DNA of 64,000 nucleotides from an uncultured virus (IMG/VR IMGVR_UViG_3300025287_000001) (Duplodnaviria; Heunggongvirae; Uroviricota; Caudoviricetes): IMG/VR virus record IMGVR_UViG_3300025287_000001, one strand, 5' to 3'. Of the stretch, positions 49,546-57,136 are shown piece after piece. How positions within the stretch are numbered: the stretch's first letter is position 1; every line of letters starts with the position of its first letter. The notes beneath the pieces were generated by a model. The model worked only from the letters and a program-made list of their open reading frames with translations. It searched no databases and was not told where the DNA came from. A program made the position numbers and the translations under genes.

Positions 49546-49758
49546 ATGATATCTCTGGAGGCTTTTCACAACGCGATAATGGTGAGTTCTGCGCTTGCAC
49601 AAAGCCCGATATATTTTTCCACTACGATTAATGCGCAAACTTGGAGGTTTGCGCAAACAAGAAACCGCCTTAACCATATAACCCTTCAAGGGTATGACTT
49701 GTGGACCTTTAACAGACACAGAATTACAACACTAAATGCAACAACGATATTCCTATAA
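49546..49758 (+). CDS. Mini-paralog array member (YxLW subfamily)
   Basis: MISLEAF..GYDLWTFNRHR. Confidence 0.7.
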   Translation: MISLEAFHNAIMVSSALAQSPIYFSTTINAQTWRFAQTRNRLNHITLQGYDLWTFNRHRITTLNATTIFL

Positions 49759-49953
49759 ATGAAAGACTATAATAGCAGCGTAGCGGTGGATTCTATTTCT
49801 GTTACGATAGATGAAGTTGAAATCCTGAAGAGCAAATTTACAGGAAAGCTCGACATAAGCCAAGTAAGTTTGTGCGATGAGAAGTATATTCTCTTTTTCG
49901 ATGCAAACTTGAAAGAAGAGATCGAGAAAGCCCTGGGGCGGCACGATCCTTAG
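49759..49953 (+). CDS. Hypothetical acidic protein (non-family insert)
   Basis: Abutting ORF, different composition. Confidence 0.6.
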   Translation: MKDYNSSVAVDSISVTIDEVEILKSKFTGKLDISQVSLCDEKYILFFDANLKEEIEKALGRHDP

Positions 49954-49968
49954 CGCGAGAGGCGGCAA

Positions 49969-50169
49969 ATGATAATAGCACTACCGTTTAAATTCTCAGA
50001 GGAAATGCCTCGGAAGACATACCTATATCCCATGGAGACCAATCTCAAGAGCATTGAAATTTACACTTCTCAATTTTATCAATACTTGTATGCGGGCGGA
50101 CACTTAAAGAATAGATATTACTACTTTGAGATTATCAGTAGAAAAATAATGATGTTATCGAGGACTTGA
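49969..50169 (+). CDS. Mini-paralog array member
   Basis: MIIALP, 66 aa. Confidence 0.65.
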   Translation: MIIALPFKFSEEMPRKTYLYPMETNLKSIEIYTSQFYQYLYAGGHLKNRYYYFEIISRKIMMLSRT

Positions 50170-50170
50170 T

Positions 50171-50374
50171 ATGATAACATCAGATAAGCTTAACTTTATT
50201 GTGTCTTACAGGCATAGTGCTCTCAAGCTGTATATCGTGCAAGCAGTTTCAAGGAAAGGAACGGAAGATCTGGAAAGGTTCCTTGTCCCCGGAGAAATTT
50301 ACGATGATTACTATCTCTGGGCCTTTACGAGAGATAGGGTCTTCATTTCTGATGTTATCTTGAGGAACCTATGA
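50171..50374 (+). CDS. Mini-paralog array member (YxLW subfamily)
   Basis: ERFLVPGEIYDDYYLWAFTRDR. Confidence 0.75.
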   Translation: MITSDKLNFIVSYRHSALKLYIVQAVSRKGTEDLERFLVPGEIYDDYYLWAFTRDRVFISDVILRNL

Positions 50375-50565
50375 TTATCTTGCAGCAAGCCTACCGAGCC
50401 ACGAGAGAGGGCGTGACGATTTTGCAGTTCCACACGATATACACCACTAACGAAAACTTCGAGATTCACAGGAAGTGCATAGCCATCAACGAATCGTTTA
50501 GCGGATATAGTTTATCTTCCGTAATTATCTCCAAACAAACTTTTAGGCTGAAGCCATTAGGGTAA
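50371..50565 (+). CDS. Mini-paralog array member
   Basis: MIIL..TREGVTILQF. Confidence 0.7.
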   Translation: MIILQQAYRATREGVTILQFHTIYTTNENFEIHRKCIAINESFSGYSLSSVIISKQTFRLKPLG

Positions 50566-50567
50566 CA

Positions 50568-50759
50568 ATGATCAACACACATATGTTTTACTCATTCACT
50601 GGCGAAGGCGTGAGTATACTGTACTTTTCGATCTTGCGCAACGACATTGGCTTTCTACCAATAAAACAGAGGAGACCACATCCAAGTTACTTGAACAAGC
50701 ACGATCTTTTTTTCCTGACCTATTCCGATAGTGTTTTAAAAATAGTAGGAAGGAAATGA
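50568..50759 (+). CDS. Mini-paralog array member
   Basis: MINT..TGEGVSILYF, similar to previous gene. Confidence 0.7.
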   Translation: MINTHMFYSFTGEGVSILYFSILRNDIGFLPIKQRRPHPSYLNKHDLFFLTYSDSVLKIVGRK

Positions 50760-50953
50760 TAAAAGCAGAAAGTTTGCTAAGGGTGCTTGAATCCGTCAAC
50801 GAAGCAAGGCCATGGGCTCTGCTATCTACTCATCAAGTGTGCGAAAAAAGCATTATAAGCCTAGAGAGGGATTTCGTTCCTCCTGTTGTTGCCAGGGATT
50901 ACAGTGTTTGGCTTATCACAAGAACAAGATTCTTAATACTGGCAAAGTCTTAG
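50756..50953 (+). CDS. Mini-paralog array member (YxLW subfamily)
   Basis: MIKAES..RPW..YSVWLITRTRFLIL. Confidence 0.75.
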   Translation: MIKAESLLRVLESVNEARPWALLSTHQVCEKSIISLERDFVPPVVARDYSVWLITRTRFLILAKS

Positions 50954-50963
50954 GAGGTTATGA

Positions 50964-51173
50964 ATGATAAGAGCAGAAGGCGCAGGGTATATATTCGATT
51001 CGGAAAGAGGTCCGAAGCTGTGGGTGCTTTGCACAATCCGGGCTTATGACAGCAAAGCCAATATAAATGTTCGAAGAGAATTTATTCATGGTGAAGTAAT
51101 CCCGTCATATGATTTATGGGTTTTGCTAAGGACGAGATTTGCGATCCTTGAGGTGACGAGAGAATACAGGTGA
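50964..51173 (+). CDS. Mini-paralog array member (YxLW subfamily)
   Basis: MIRAEG..YDLWVLLRTRFAIL. Confidence 0.75.
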   Translation: MIRAEGAGYIFDSERGPKLWVLCTIRAYDSKANINVRREFIHGEVIPSYDLWVLLRTRFAILEVTREYR

Positions 51174-51177
51174 AGAC

Positions 51178-51432
51178 ATGCTAAGTGTACTAAGTTTAAC
51201 TATTATCCCTTCAACCGTTCGCGGTGAGCTTAAGTGGGTGGCGTATTCTCCTACAGTGTTCAGGGAACAAGGTGAATTGCTGGAAAATGATGTACGCAGG
51301 CGATTTGTGCCCAGAGTAGTTGTTGAGAGTATAAACCTGCGGAAGGTTATCTTGACAAGGTTTATACTGATAGAATACTCAGAAAAATTCTGGCCTCGGT
51401 ACAAGTCTTTTATGAGCAAATCATACAGGTGA
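51178..51432 (+). CDS. Mini-paralog array member
   Basis: LKW..RRRFVP..TRFILIE. Confidence 0.7.
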   Translation: MLSVLSLTIIPSTVRGELKWVAYSPTVFREQGELLENDVRRRFVPRVVVESINLRKVILTRFILIEYSEKFWPRYKSFMSKSYR

Positions 51433-51436
51433 AGAG

Positions 51437-51670
51437 ATGATCAACTTAATGCAGGTAAAGAATCTAGGGGATGCTCGCTTTTGGGAGTGTTATTACATGT
51501 TTGCTAATTCAGTACACGATAAGAGGATAAACAGCGACAGGACCATATTAACGCTTTATCTTTGGAATGGCTTAAAGCATTCTGATATGATCTTCTTTAT
51601 CAGATTGATTCCCATGAAGAGAACAACCCTGCGTTATGACAATAATATAAAAATGAGGACAATGCCGTGA
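51437..51670 (+). CDS. Mini-paralog array member (FWxCxY subfamily)
   Basis: MINLMQVKNLGDARFWECYYMF. Confidence 0.8.
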   Translation: MINLMQVKNLGDARFWECYYMFANSVHDKRINSDRTILTLYLWNGLKHSDMIFFIRLIPMKRTTLRYDNNIKMRTMP

Positions 51671-51852
51671 TAAATTTCAACGCCTTTAATCGTATAGATC
51701 CGCCCGGAAAATTTTGGTACTCATATTCCCCTGGCGGAGTTTGCATGCCAATGTTGAAGAGGGGCTTCGATTCAGTTGAAATTATAAGAAATTTTGATTT
51801 GTGGGTTATAACAAGTGACAGAACCAGACTTTTTCGCATCAAGAGAAAGTAA
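51667..51852 (+). CDS. Mini-paralog array member (YxLW subfamily)
   Basis: GKFW..FDLWVITSDR. Confidence 0.7.
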   Translation: MINFNAFNRIDPPGKFWYSYSPGGVCMPMLKRGFDSVEIIRNFDLWVITSDRTRLFRIKRK

Positions 51853-52080
51853 ATGATAAACTCAATGCAAGTAAAGAGCCTGGGAGATGATCGCCTTTGG
51901 GGGTGCAGTTATATGTTCAGCCATTACCCTCCTCCTAAAGAGTCTACTGAATCATTAAATGTAATGTTGATTTATGATTGTTGCGGCATAGATGTCGCTG
52001 GACGAAGGGTACTAGAGAGATTAATAGCAACATGGCATCTGAGACTTAGGTATTCTCCATGGTTAGCTCAATGCAAGTAA
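51853..52080 (+). CDS. Mini-paralog array member (recent triplication)
   Basis: MINSMQVKSLGDDRLWGCSYMFSH..ERLIATWH. Confidence 0.8.
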   Translation: MINSMQVKSLGDDRLWGCSYMFSHYPPPKESTESLNVMLIYDCCGIDVAGRRVLERLIATWHLRLRYSPWLAQCK

Positions 52081-52259
52081 AGAGCCTGGAGGATGGTCGA
52101 TTTTGGGGGTGCAGTTATATGTTCAGCCACTTTGCGGCTCCTGAAGTTTCCACTGAAACACCTATCATAACGGAAATTTATTATTATTGCGGCGTCGATA
52201 GTATATTGCTGGAGAGATTAATAGCAACATGGCACATGAGGCTTAGGACAATTTTATGA
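52059..52259 (+). CDS. Mini-paralog array member (recent triplication)
   Basis: MVSSMQVKSLEDGRFWGCSYMFSH..ERLIATWH. Confidence 0.8.
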   Translation: MVSSMQVKSLEDGRFWGCSYMFSHFAAPEVSTETPIITEIYYYCGVDSILLERLIATWHMRLRTIL

Positions 52260-52471
52260 TTAACTTAATGCAAGCAAAGAGCCTGGAGGATGGTCGATTT
52301 TGGGATTGCGGCTATATGTTCAGTCACTATTTCGCTCCTGAGATTTCCGTTGAATCGCATAATATATTATTACTCTATGGCAGATGTGGCATGGATATTG
52401 TTGGACGAAGGGTTCTCGAGAGAGCAATAGCAACATGGCACCTGGATTTCTTTTATAGAAGGAAGAAATGA
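52256..52471 (+). CDS. Mini-paralog array member (recent triplication)
   Basis: MINLMQAKSLEDGRFWDCGYMFSH..ERAIATWH. Confidence 0.8.
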   Translation: MINLMQAKSLEDGRFWDCGYMFSHYFAPEISVESHNILLLYGRCGMDIVGRRVLERAIATWHLDFFYRRKK

Positions 52472-52707
52472 TAAACACAAACAATATTAAACTTCTTCTG
52501 AGCCTGGATGAAAGATTTTGGAAAGCTTCAATGTATAAACCTTCACACTTATCCACCAGCCCCGAGGTAAGAAGGTCTAGTACAATCGAGATAAATATCC
52601 TCGGTGATTATAAGATATGGGGCGTTGTGGATGGGAGGCTACATTTCTTGAATAAAAATAAAGGATATTACTATGAGGCCAAAATCATTGTTAAGTGGGA
52701 TTCGTGA
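52468..52707 (+). CDS. Mini-paralog array member
   Basis: MINT..SLDERFW..YKIW. Confidence 0.75.
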   Translation: MINTNNIKLLLSLDERFWKASMYKPSHLSTSPEVRRSSTIEINILGDYKIWGVVDGRLHFLNKNKGYYYEAKIIVKWDS

Positions 52708-52916
52708 TGATAAAATCAGAAGGCCTGGATTTCGCGCTAGAATCGGAAGATGCTGAAATACCATGGGATATTTATTATCTTGTCAGCTTTCATAGAGATG
52801 GACATAAAGACAATGTTAGAGGTAGCATCTACAGTAATCTGATTTCACAATATCCCCTGTGGGTACTCATAAGGACAAGGTTTTTATTGCTGGAGTTCAA
52901 TGGGCACGACTGGTGA
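52707..52916 (+). CDS. Mini-paralog array member (YxLW subfamily)
   Basis: MIKSEG..IPW..YPLWVLIRTRFLLLE. Confidence 0.75.
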   Translation: MIKSEGLDFALESEDAEIPWDIYYLVSFHRDGHKDNVRGSIYSNLISQYPLWVLIRTRFLLLEFNGHDW

Positions 52917-53280
52917 AGGTGGAAAGGTCTGAGGTGAAAAATAAGGCCTGAGACAAAGAATATGGGTTGAAGTGAAAAAGGTTTGAGGCAAAAAAATATG
53001 GGCGCGTTGTGGAGGGGCTATACCCGATTTGAGAGGGTCGCTTCCCTGTAGGGCTGAGATAGATTCCGGGGAGGGGGAGGGGGCCGCTTTTCGACTTCAA
53101 GCAAAAAGTTTTTTCTTTGTAAATATATTCTTTTCTTACAGCAATAAACACATCTTGAAGCAAGTCAAGCAAAAAGAAAGTTTGAGATAATCGCTTGACT
53201 CTAATGCTGTCGGTCTTAGATTCATATTGTCGGTCGGGGATATACCTCGACCCTGGTTTTTCTCTTTCTGGAGGACTGTA

Positions 53281-53544
53281 ATGACGAAGCGTGAGCTTCA
53301 ACAACACGTCGTAGACCTGCTCAAGCAGGCTATTGACGGCGCTGTCCAAGACGGTGCCATCTTCATGGCAGAGGGTTACGTTGATGTAACTGTCTACCTT
53401 ACCAGCCACGGCTACTGGTCGTGGTCCTTCCGAGGTAGCGAGTCCCTCTCTGTTGAGGAGAGCGAGTGCGTTACCTCCACCATCCAGGCGAACTGGGGCT
53501 CGCTCGCTCCAGAGCCCGTTGATCCTGAGTGCGCTTACTACTGA
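53281..53544 (+). CDS. Cassette hypothetical protein
   Basis: GGAGG SD; ATG 53281 after promoter. Confidence 0.75.
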   Translation: MTKRELQQHVVDLLKQAIDGAVQDGAIFMAEGYVDVTVYLTSHGYWSWSFRGSESLSVEESECVTSTIQANWGSLAPEPVDPECAYY

Positions 53545-53618
53545 GCGCGAGGGGCTAACCCTGCCCCGGCTAATCACCGGGGGGCGGGGGCCGCTCCGCT
53601 GCCCCCATGAGCACCCCC

Positions 53619-53681
53619 TAAGCACATGCCAGCTCGAGTCAAGCAGAAAGTTTGATAAGCACATGCCAGCTCGAGTCAAGC
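53619..53681. repeat. 27-bp direct repeat TAAGCACATGCCAGCTCGAGTCAAGCA x2
   Basis: Two exact copies 36 bp apart; related copies near 53145 and 54306. Confidence 0.85.
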
Positions 53682-53784
53682 AAAAAAGAAAGTTGAGAAA
53701 AATGCTTGACCCTAAGCGATGCGTTATTAGATTATATACTGTCAGCGGGGAGAGTGGCTCCCCTCGATAAACAGGAGAGGAAAA

Positions 53785-54027
53785 ATGACGAACGAAGAAA
53801 GACGAGAGGCTCTCAAAGGCCTCGCACCTGAAGAGAGGAAAGCCAAGGTCAAGCGCGCTCACGAACGCTTGAAAGAAAAGGGTGTAAAGACCCGCATCGG
53901 GCGCAAAGGCTTCGAGTTGGGTTACGGGTATAACTACCGCAACCCTGAATATGCATCGCGAGCATTCGCAGCGGTATGTTCGCACTACGGATTAGTCAAG
54001 ACGGACGGCATCACATGGCATGCCTGA
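53785..54027 (+). CDS. Cassette basic protein
   Basis: GGAGAGG SD after promoter and leader hairpin. Confidence 0.75.
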   Translation: MTNEERREALKGLAPEERKAKVKRAHERLKEKGVKTRIGRKGFELGYGYNYRNPEYASRAFAAVCSHYGLVKTDGITWHA

Positions 54028-54139
54028 CCTGACCAGCGGACCTAAGCAAGTCAAAAAACTGCTTGACTCTACTTCAATCGTGCCTAACTTTAATAGTAAG
54101 GAAGGGGGTTGGCTCCTTCCGCAACAACCGGAGAATATC

Positions 54140-54244
54140 ATGGTCGCTATCGCTACTGTCGTCGCTATCTGCTCGCTTGGCTTGTGCTGTACCGCTCCCC
54201 TCATCGCGGGCGGCGAGCCCGCCTGGGCTCGCGAGCAGGACTGA
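54140..54244 (+). CDS. Cassette 34-aa membrane peptide
   Basis: GGAG SD; MVAIATVVAICSLGLCCTAPLIAGGEPAWAREQD. Confidence 0.65.
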   Translation: MVAIATVVAICSLGLCCTAPLIAGGEPAWAREQD

Positions 54245-54433
54245 ACCCCAAGGGCCGAAGGGCTCCCCCTCCGGGGGGCGGGGGCCGCTCCGCTGCCCCC
54301 TGCGATAAACACATGCCAACATAAGTCAAGCAGAAAATAAATCTGAGAAAAGCGCTTGACCTTCGCCGCCTCGCCACTAGATTTGTATTGTCAGCGGGGA
54401 GAGTGGCTCCCCTCGACAAACAGGAGGAACGAT

Positions 54434-54931
54434 ATGAACAGCATCGACAACACGTTTGAGGAAGTCAAGGCACACCATACAGAGCACGCTCCTTGCGAGG
54501 ATATATGGATTCGAGAGTGGAGCCACGAAGAGGTTATGCGCTCGCGCTGTGAGTCGCTCGCGTCGTATGCGCGAGCGCACCAGCACCGCGAAGGGTTCGG
54601 CTACAACGAGGTCATTGACGCAATGACAGAAGTTATCGCAGAGGTATTGCCGCCAATGGCAGTGACCTTCGAGGAAATGCAGGACCTCCGCCGCTTGCGT
54701 GGGTGGCACTGGTTCTATTACCCCTCAATCCTCCAACGAGACGAGGGCGACGAGGGGAGCGATGAGGTCCGAATCATTACGCCTAGCGCTCCCAGTGAAG
54801 CGGCGCTGATGGCACAGGCAGGCTATCGCGTTACATATGTCGATGATACCATCTTTATCATCGACGGCATGGTGGAGCCCCGCGCGCTCCCCTACGAGGC
54901 ATACGGCGAGCAGGGCTACCGTATCAGGTAG
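54434..54931 (+). CDS. Cassette hypothetical protein
   Basis: AGGAGG SD; ATG 54434. Confidence 0.75.
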   Translation: MNSIDNTFEEVKAHHTEHAPCEDIWIREWSHEEVMRSRCESLASYARAHQHREGFGYNEVIDAMTEVIAEVLPPMAVTFEEMQDLRRLRGWHWFYYPSILQRDEGDEGSDEVRIITPSAPSEAALMAQAGYRVTYVDDTIFIIDGMVEPRALPYEAYGEQGYRIR

Positions 54932-54990
54932 ACCCAACCCGGATAGAGAGTGCCCCCTCCGGGGGCCGCCCCCCACTTGGGGGCACTTCC

Positions 54991-55122
54991 TCACCTCGCC
55001 TCATCAGCAAGGAAGGGATCGAGGAAACACAGCGGTAAGCCTTCACTTGTCCAAACCTCTTCGACGTGCTCCCTCCCAAGCCACAGAACGGCTTGGGTAA
55101 AGAGCAGGAGCGAAGCGTTCAT
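54991..55122 (-). CDS. Inverted-cassette 43-aa protein (not in ORF track)
   Basis: AGAGG SD; MNASLLLFTQAVLWLGREHVEEVWTSEGLPLCFLDPFLADEAR. Confidence 0.6.
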   Translation of the reverse strand: MNASLLLFTQAVLWLGREHVEEVWTSEGLPLCFLDPFLADEAR

Positions 55123-55161
55123 GATAACCTCTTGTGATTAGTGTTCTATGTCAACACTTAT

Positions 55162-55189
55162 AATCTAATCACATAAGCCCTGTGGTCAA
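55162..55189 (-). promoter_or_regulatory. Cassette promoter in inverted orientation
   Basis: Minus strand TTGACC-N16(ends GTGAT)-TAGATT. Confidence 0.8.
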
Positions 55190-55327
55190 GCGTAAGGGAC
55201 AGAAAAAGATTACGAGGGTTAGGAGTCGCGTAACGCTATGGAGACCGTGAGGCGGCCCCCTGTTGAGCCTGAGAGAAAGTTTGAGAAAAACCCTTGACTC
55301 TCTTTGTGCGTGGTTACATTCATAAGT

Positions 55328-55437
55328 GAGGAAGGGAGGGGATGCCCAACCGAACGAACCTACCCCTTTTCCTTTCAGTGTGTCCTACCACACTATCATG
55401 CCGAGAATCTGCACACAAGCATCATTCTCCCTTCCTC
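55328..55437 (+). ncRNA. Candidate ~110-nt small RNA filling a promoter cassette
   Basis: Starts just after promoter 55294; GAGGAAGGGAG/CTCCCTTCCTC 11-bp terminal stem plus GATGC/GCATC; inner AGTGTG/CACACT hairpin; no convincing ORF. Confidence 0.6.
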
Positions 55438-55519
55438 TAACAAAAATATCTTGTCACCTCTCGAATGGTGACTACATTATAAAGTGACAGCAACTGAAAC
55501 CCTCACAAGAGAGGAAGCA

Positions 55520-55765
55520 ATGAAAGCCGACATGACTCAAGCGACGCAGATCAACTACACCAAATCGAATGGCGACGAGAGAAAGATGCTCGTCGTGCCC
55601 CTTAGCCGAGTGCCTGATGAGGTCTTGAGGATGGGCAAAAAGCCCATCAAAAGGCCCGAGAGCACTCCCGACGGGTGCGCATGGTTCTGGGAACTGAGCG
55701 AGCAAGGGGAATACATCCCTGATGCCATCAAGACGCTCAAGTTAGAGCGCATCACTCCGGCTTGA
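55520..55765 (+). CDS. WYL/SH3-like small protein
   Basis: INYTKSNGDERKMLVVP..IKTLKLERI. Confidence 0.65.
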   Translation: MKADMTQATQINYTKSNGDERKMLVVPLSRVPDEVLRMGKKPIKRPESTPDGCAWFWELSEQGEYIPDAIKTLKLERITPA

Positions 55766-55925
55766 CCAGGGCGGCCCGGGAAGGCCCCGAGCGGGCCGCG
55801 CCCCCCGATGAATAAAGAAACAAAGATAAAATAATATAATAAAATAACTTGTCTTGGTCTGTACGTGCTTACATTCAGTAGTGAAGAAAGGGGAATGGCT
55901 CCTTTCGCAGCGCACAGGATTTAAA

Positions 55926-56145
55926 ATGAAGCTCATCATTAGCAAAAGATTACACCAGTGTCACTCGCGTCACGGGTCCTCAGGCCCGTGGTTCCAAAAA
56001 ACAAATGCGCGCGCTCGTGCGCGCAACCGGAGTCCAGGCAGAGCGCATTGACCATGACATGATCTTCTTTGGCTCCGAGCAGGAGAGGCAGGCGTTCCTG
56101 TTCCATCCTGCTGTCCGAGCCAAGGCCACCCTCCAGGGCGAGTGA
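55926..56145 (+). pseudogene. Cassette gene interrupted by +1 frameshift at AAAA (55944-55947)
   Basis: Removing one A gives 72-aa MKLIISKDYTSVTRVTGPQARGSKKQMRALVRATGVQAERIDHDMIFFGSEQERQAFLFHPAVRAKATLQGE, ending at the cassette boundary hairpin. Confidence 0.65.
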
Positions 56146-56272
56146 CCAAGCCCCCTAACGGGGGCGGCCCCCCGGTCAATAAATGATAATAAACCCTTGA
56201 CTCTACCTGCTGGTGCTTACATTCAATAGTAAGGAAGGGAGAGTGACTCTCTTCACAACAACCGGAGAAGTT

Positions 56273-56485
56273 ATGCTGTCCGTAAGCCAAACCATCAAGC
56301 ACTTTGACGATATCGGCATCTTTGCCGTGGATGACGGCCCCCAGGTCGCTGTCGCCATTTACTCCCCGCAGGAGATGGCAAAGGTACAGAACTTCGTTAA
56401 CACATGGGGCTTCCAGTATTACTACAAGGGCAAGACCACCAAGGGCTATGCCTATGGCATCATCATAGACCAACCTGAAGACTAA
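56273..56485 (+). CDS. Cassette hypothetical protein
   Basis: GGAG SD; ATG 56273. Confidence 0.75.
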   Translation: MLSVSQTIKHFDDIGIFAVDDGPQVAVAIYSPQEMAKVQNFVNTWGFQYYYKGKTTKGYAYGIIIDQPED

Positions 56486-56611
56486 CGTGCGCCCCTCCGG
56501 GGGCCGCCTCCCTTTATAGAACATTTAAATTAATTCCTTGTCTGCAATCATAGCGTGCATACATTAGTAATGTCGGCAAGGAAAGGGTCTTTGCCATATC
56601 AGGAGGAAGCC

Positions 56612-56851
56612 ATGGAAAACAAGTTTGTTACGTGCGAGTGCGGCACTGAGATTGAATTAATGTGGGAGAAAATGGAATGGCACCACGAAGGCAGGTGTCA
56701 CTGCTGTGGACTCATCGTCCGCGACGTTACCGAGAAGACCATCCAAGAGGACCTGCTTGGTAACGTGGTCGGCGGAAAGCATGGCAACGTTATCTTCGTG
56801 GACTTTGGCTTTGACGATTTCAATGACTTCCTCGAAGATGAGATTTTATAA
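56612..56851 (+). CDS. Cassette zinc-finger protein with acidic tail
   Basis: AGGAGG SD; CECG..CHCCG. Confidence 0.75.
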   Translation: MENKFVTCECGTEIELMWEKMEWHHEGRCHCCGLIVRDVTEKTIQEDLLGNVVGGKHGNVIFVDFGFDDFNDFLEDEIL

Positions 56852-57013
56852 AATAAAATAAAATAGGATAAGATATGCCCCACTGGGGGCCGCCGCTCGG
56901 TCCCGACTGCCCACCAAAGAAAGTTGAGAAAATACCTTGACCCTGCCTGTTGGTGTCTATATTCATAAGTGAGGAAGGGAGATGGGCTCTCTTCGCAACA
57001 ACAGGAGAAGACG

Positions 57014-57130
57014 ATGATCATCACCGAAATTGCGGCATACGTAGCGTTCATAAGCGTTGGCCTCTGCTTGTACGCAGCGGTAAGACCACACATCCCAGAG
57101 TCAACCTGGGCAAAGTATAGAGATAGGTAG
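57014..57130 (+). CDS. Cassette 38-aa membrane peptide (not in ORF track)
   Basis: AGGAG SD; MIITEIAAYVAFISVGLCLYAAVRPHIPESTWAKYRDR. Confidence 0.65.
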   Translation: MIITEIAAYVAFISVGLCLYAAVRPHIPESTWAKYRDR

Positions 57131-57136
57131 CGAACA

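Noticed and set aside
51853..52471. Diversity-generating retroelement TR/VR pair
   Set aside because: Differences involve all four bases and indels, not adenine-only changes; no reverse transcriptase in the window
43865..52916. Mini-ORFs as fragments of one long recoded or decayed gene
   Set aside because: Each restarts with a similar N-terminal motif, frames change at overlaps and all three stop codons are used
52897..53985. 362-aa minus-strand ORF
   Set aside because: Antisense to two SD-bearing cassette genes and crosses promoters and hairpins; likely a shadow ORF
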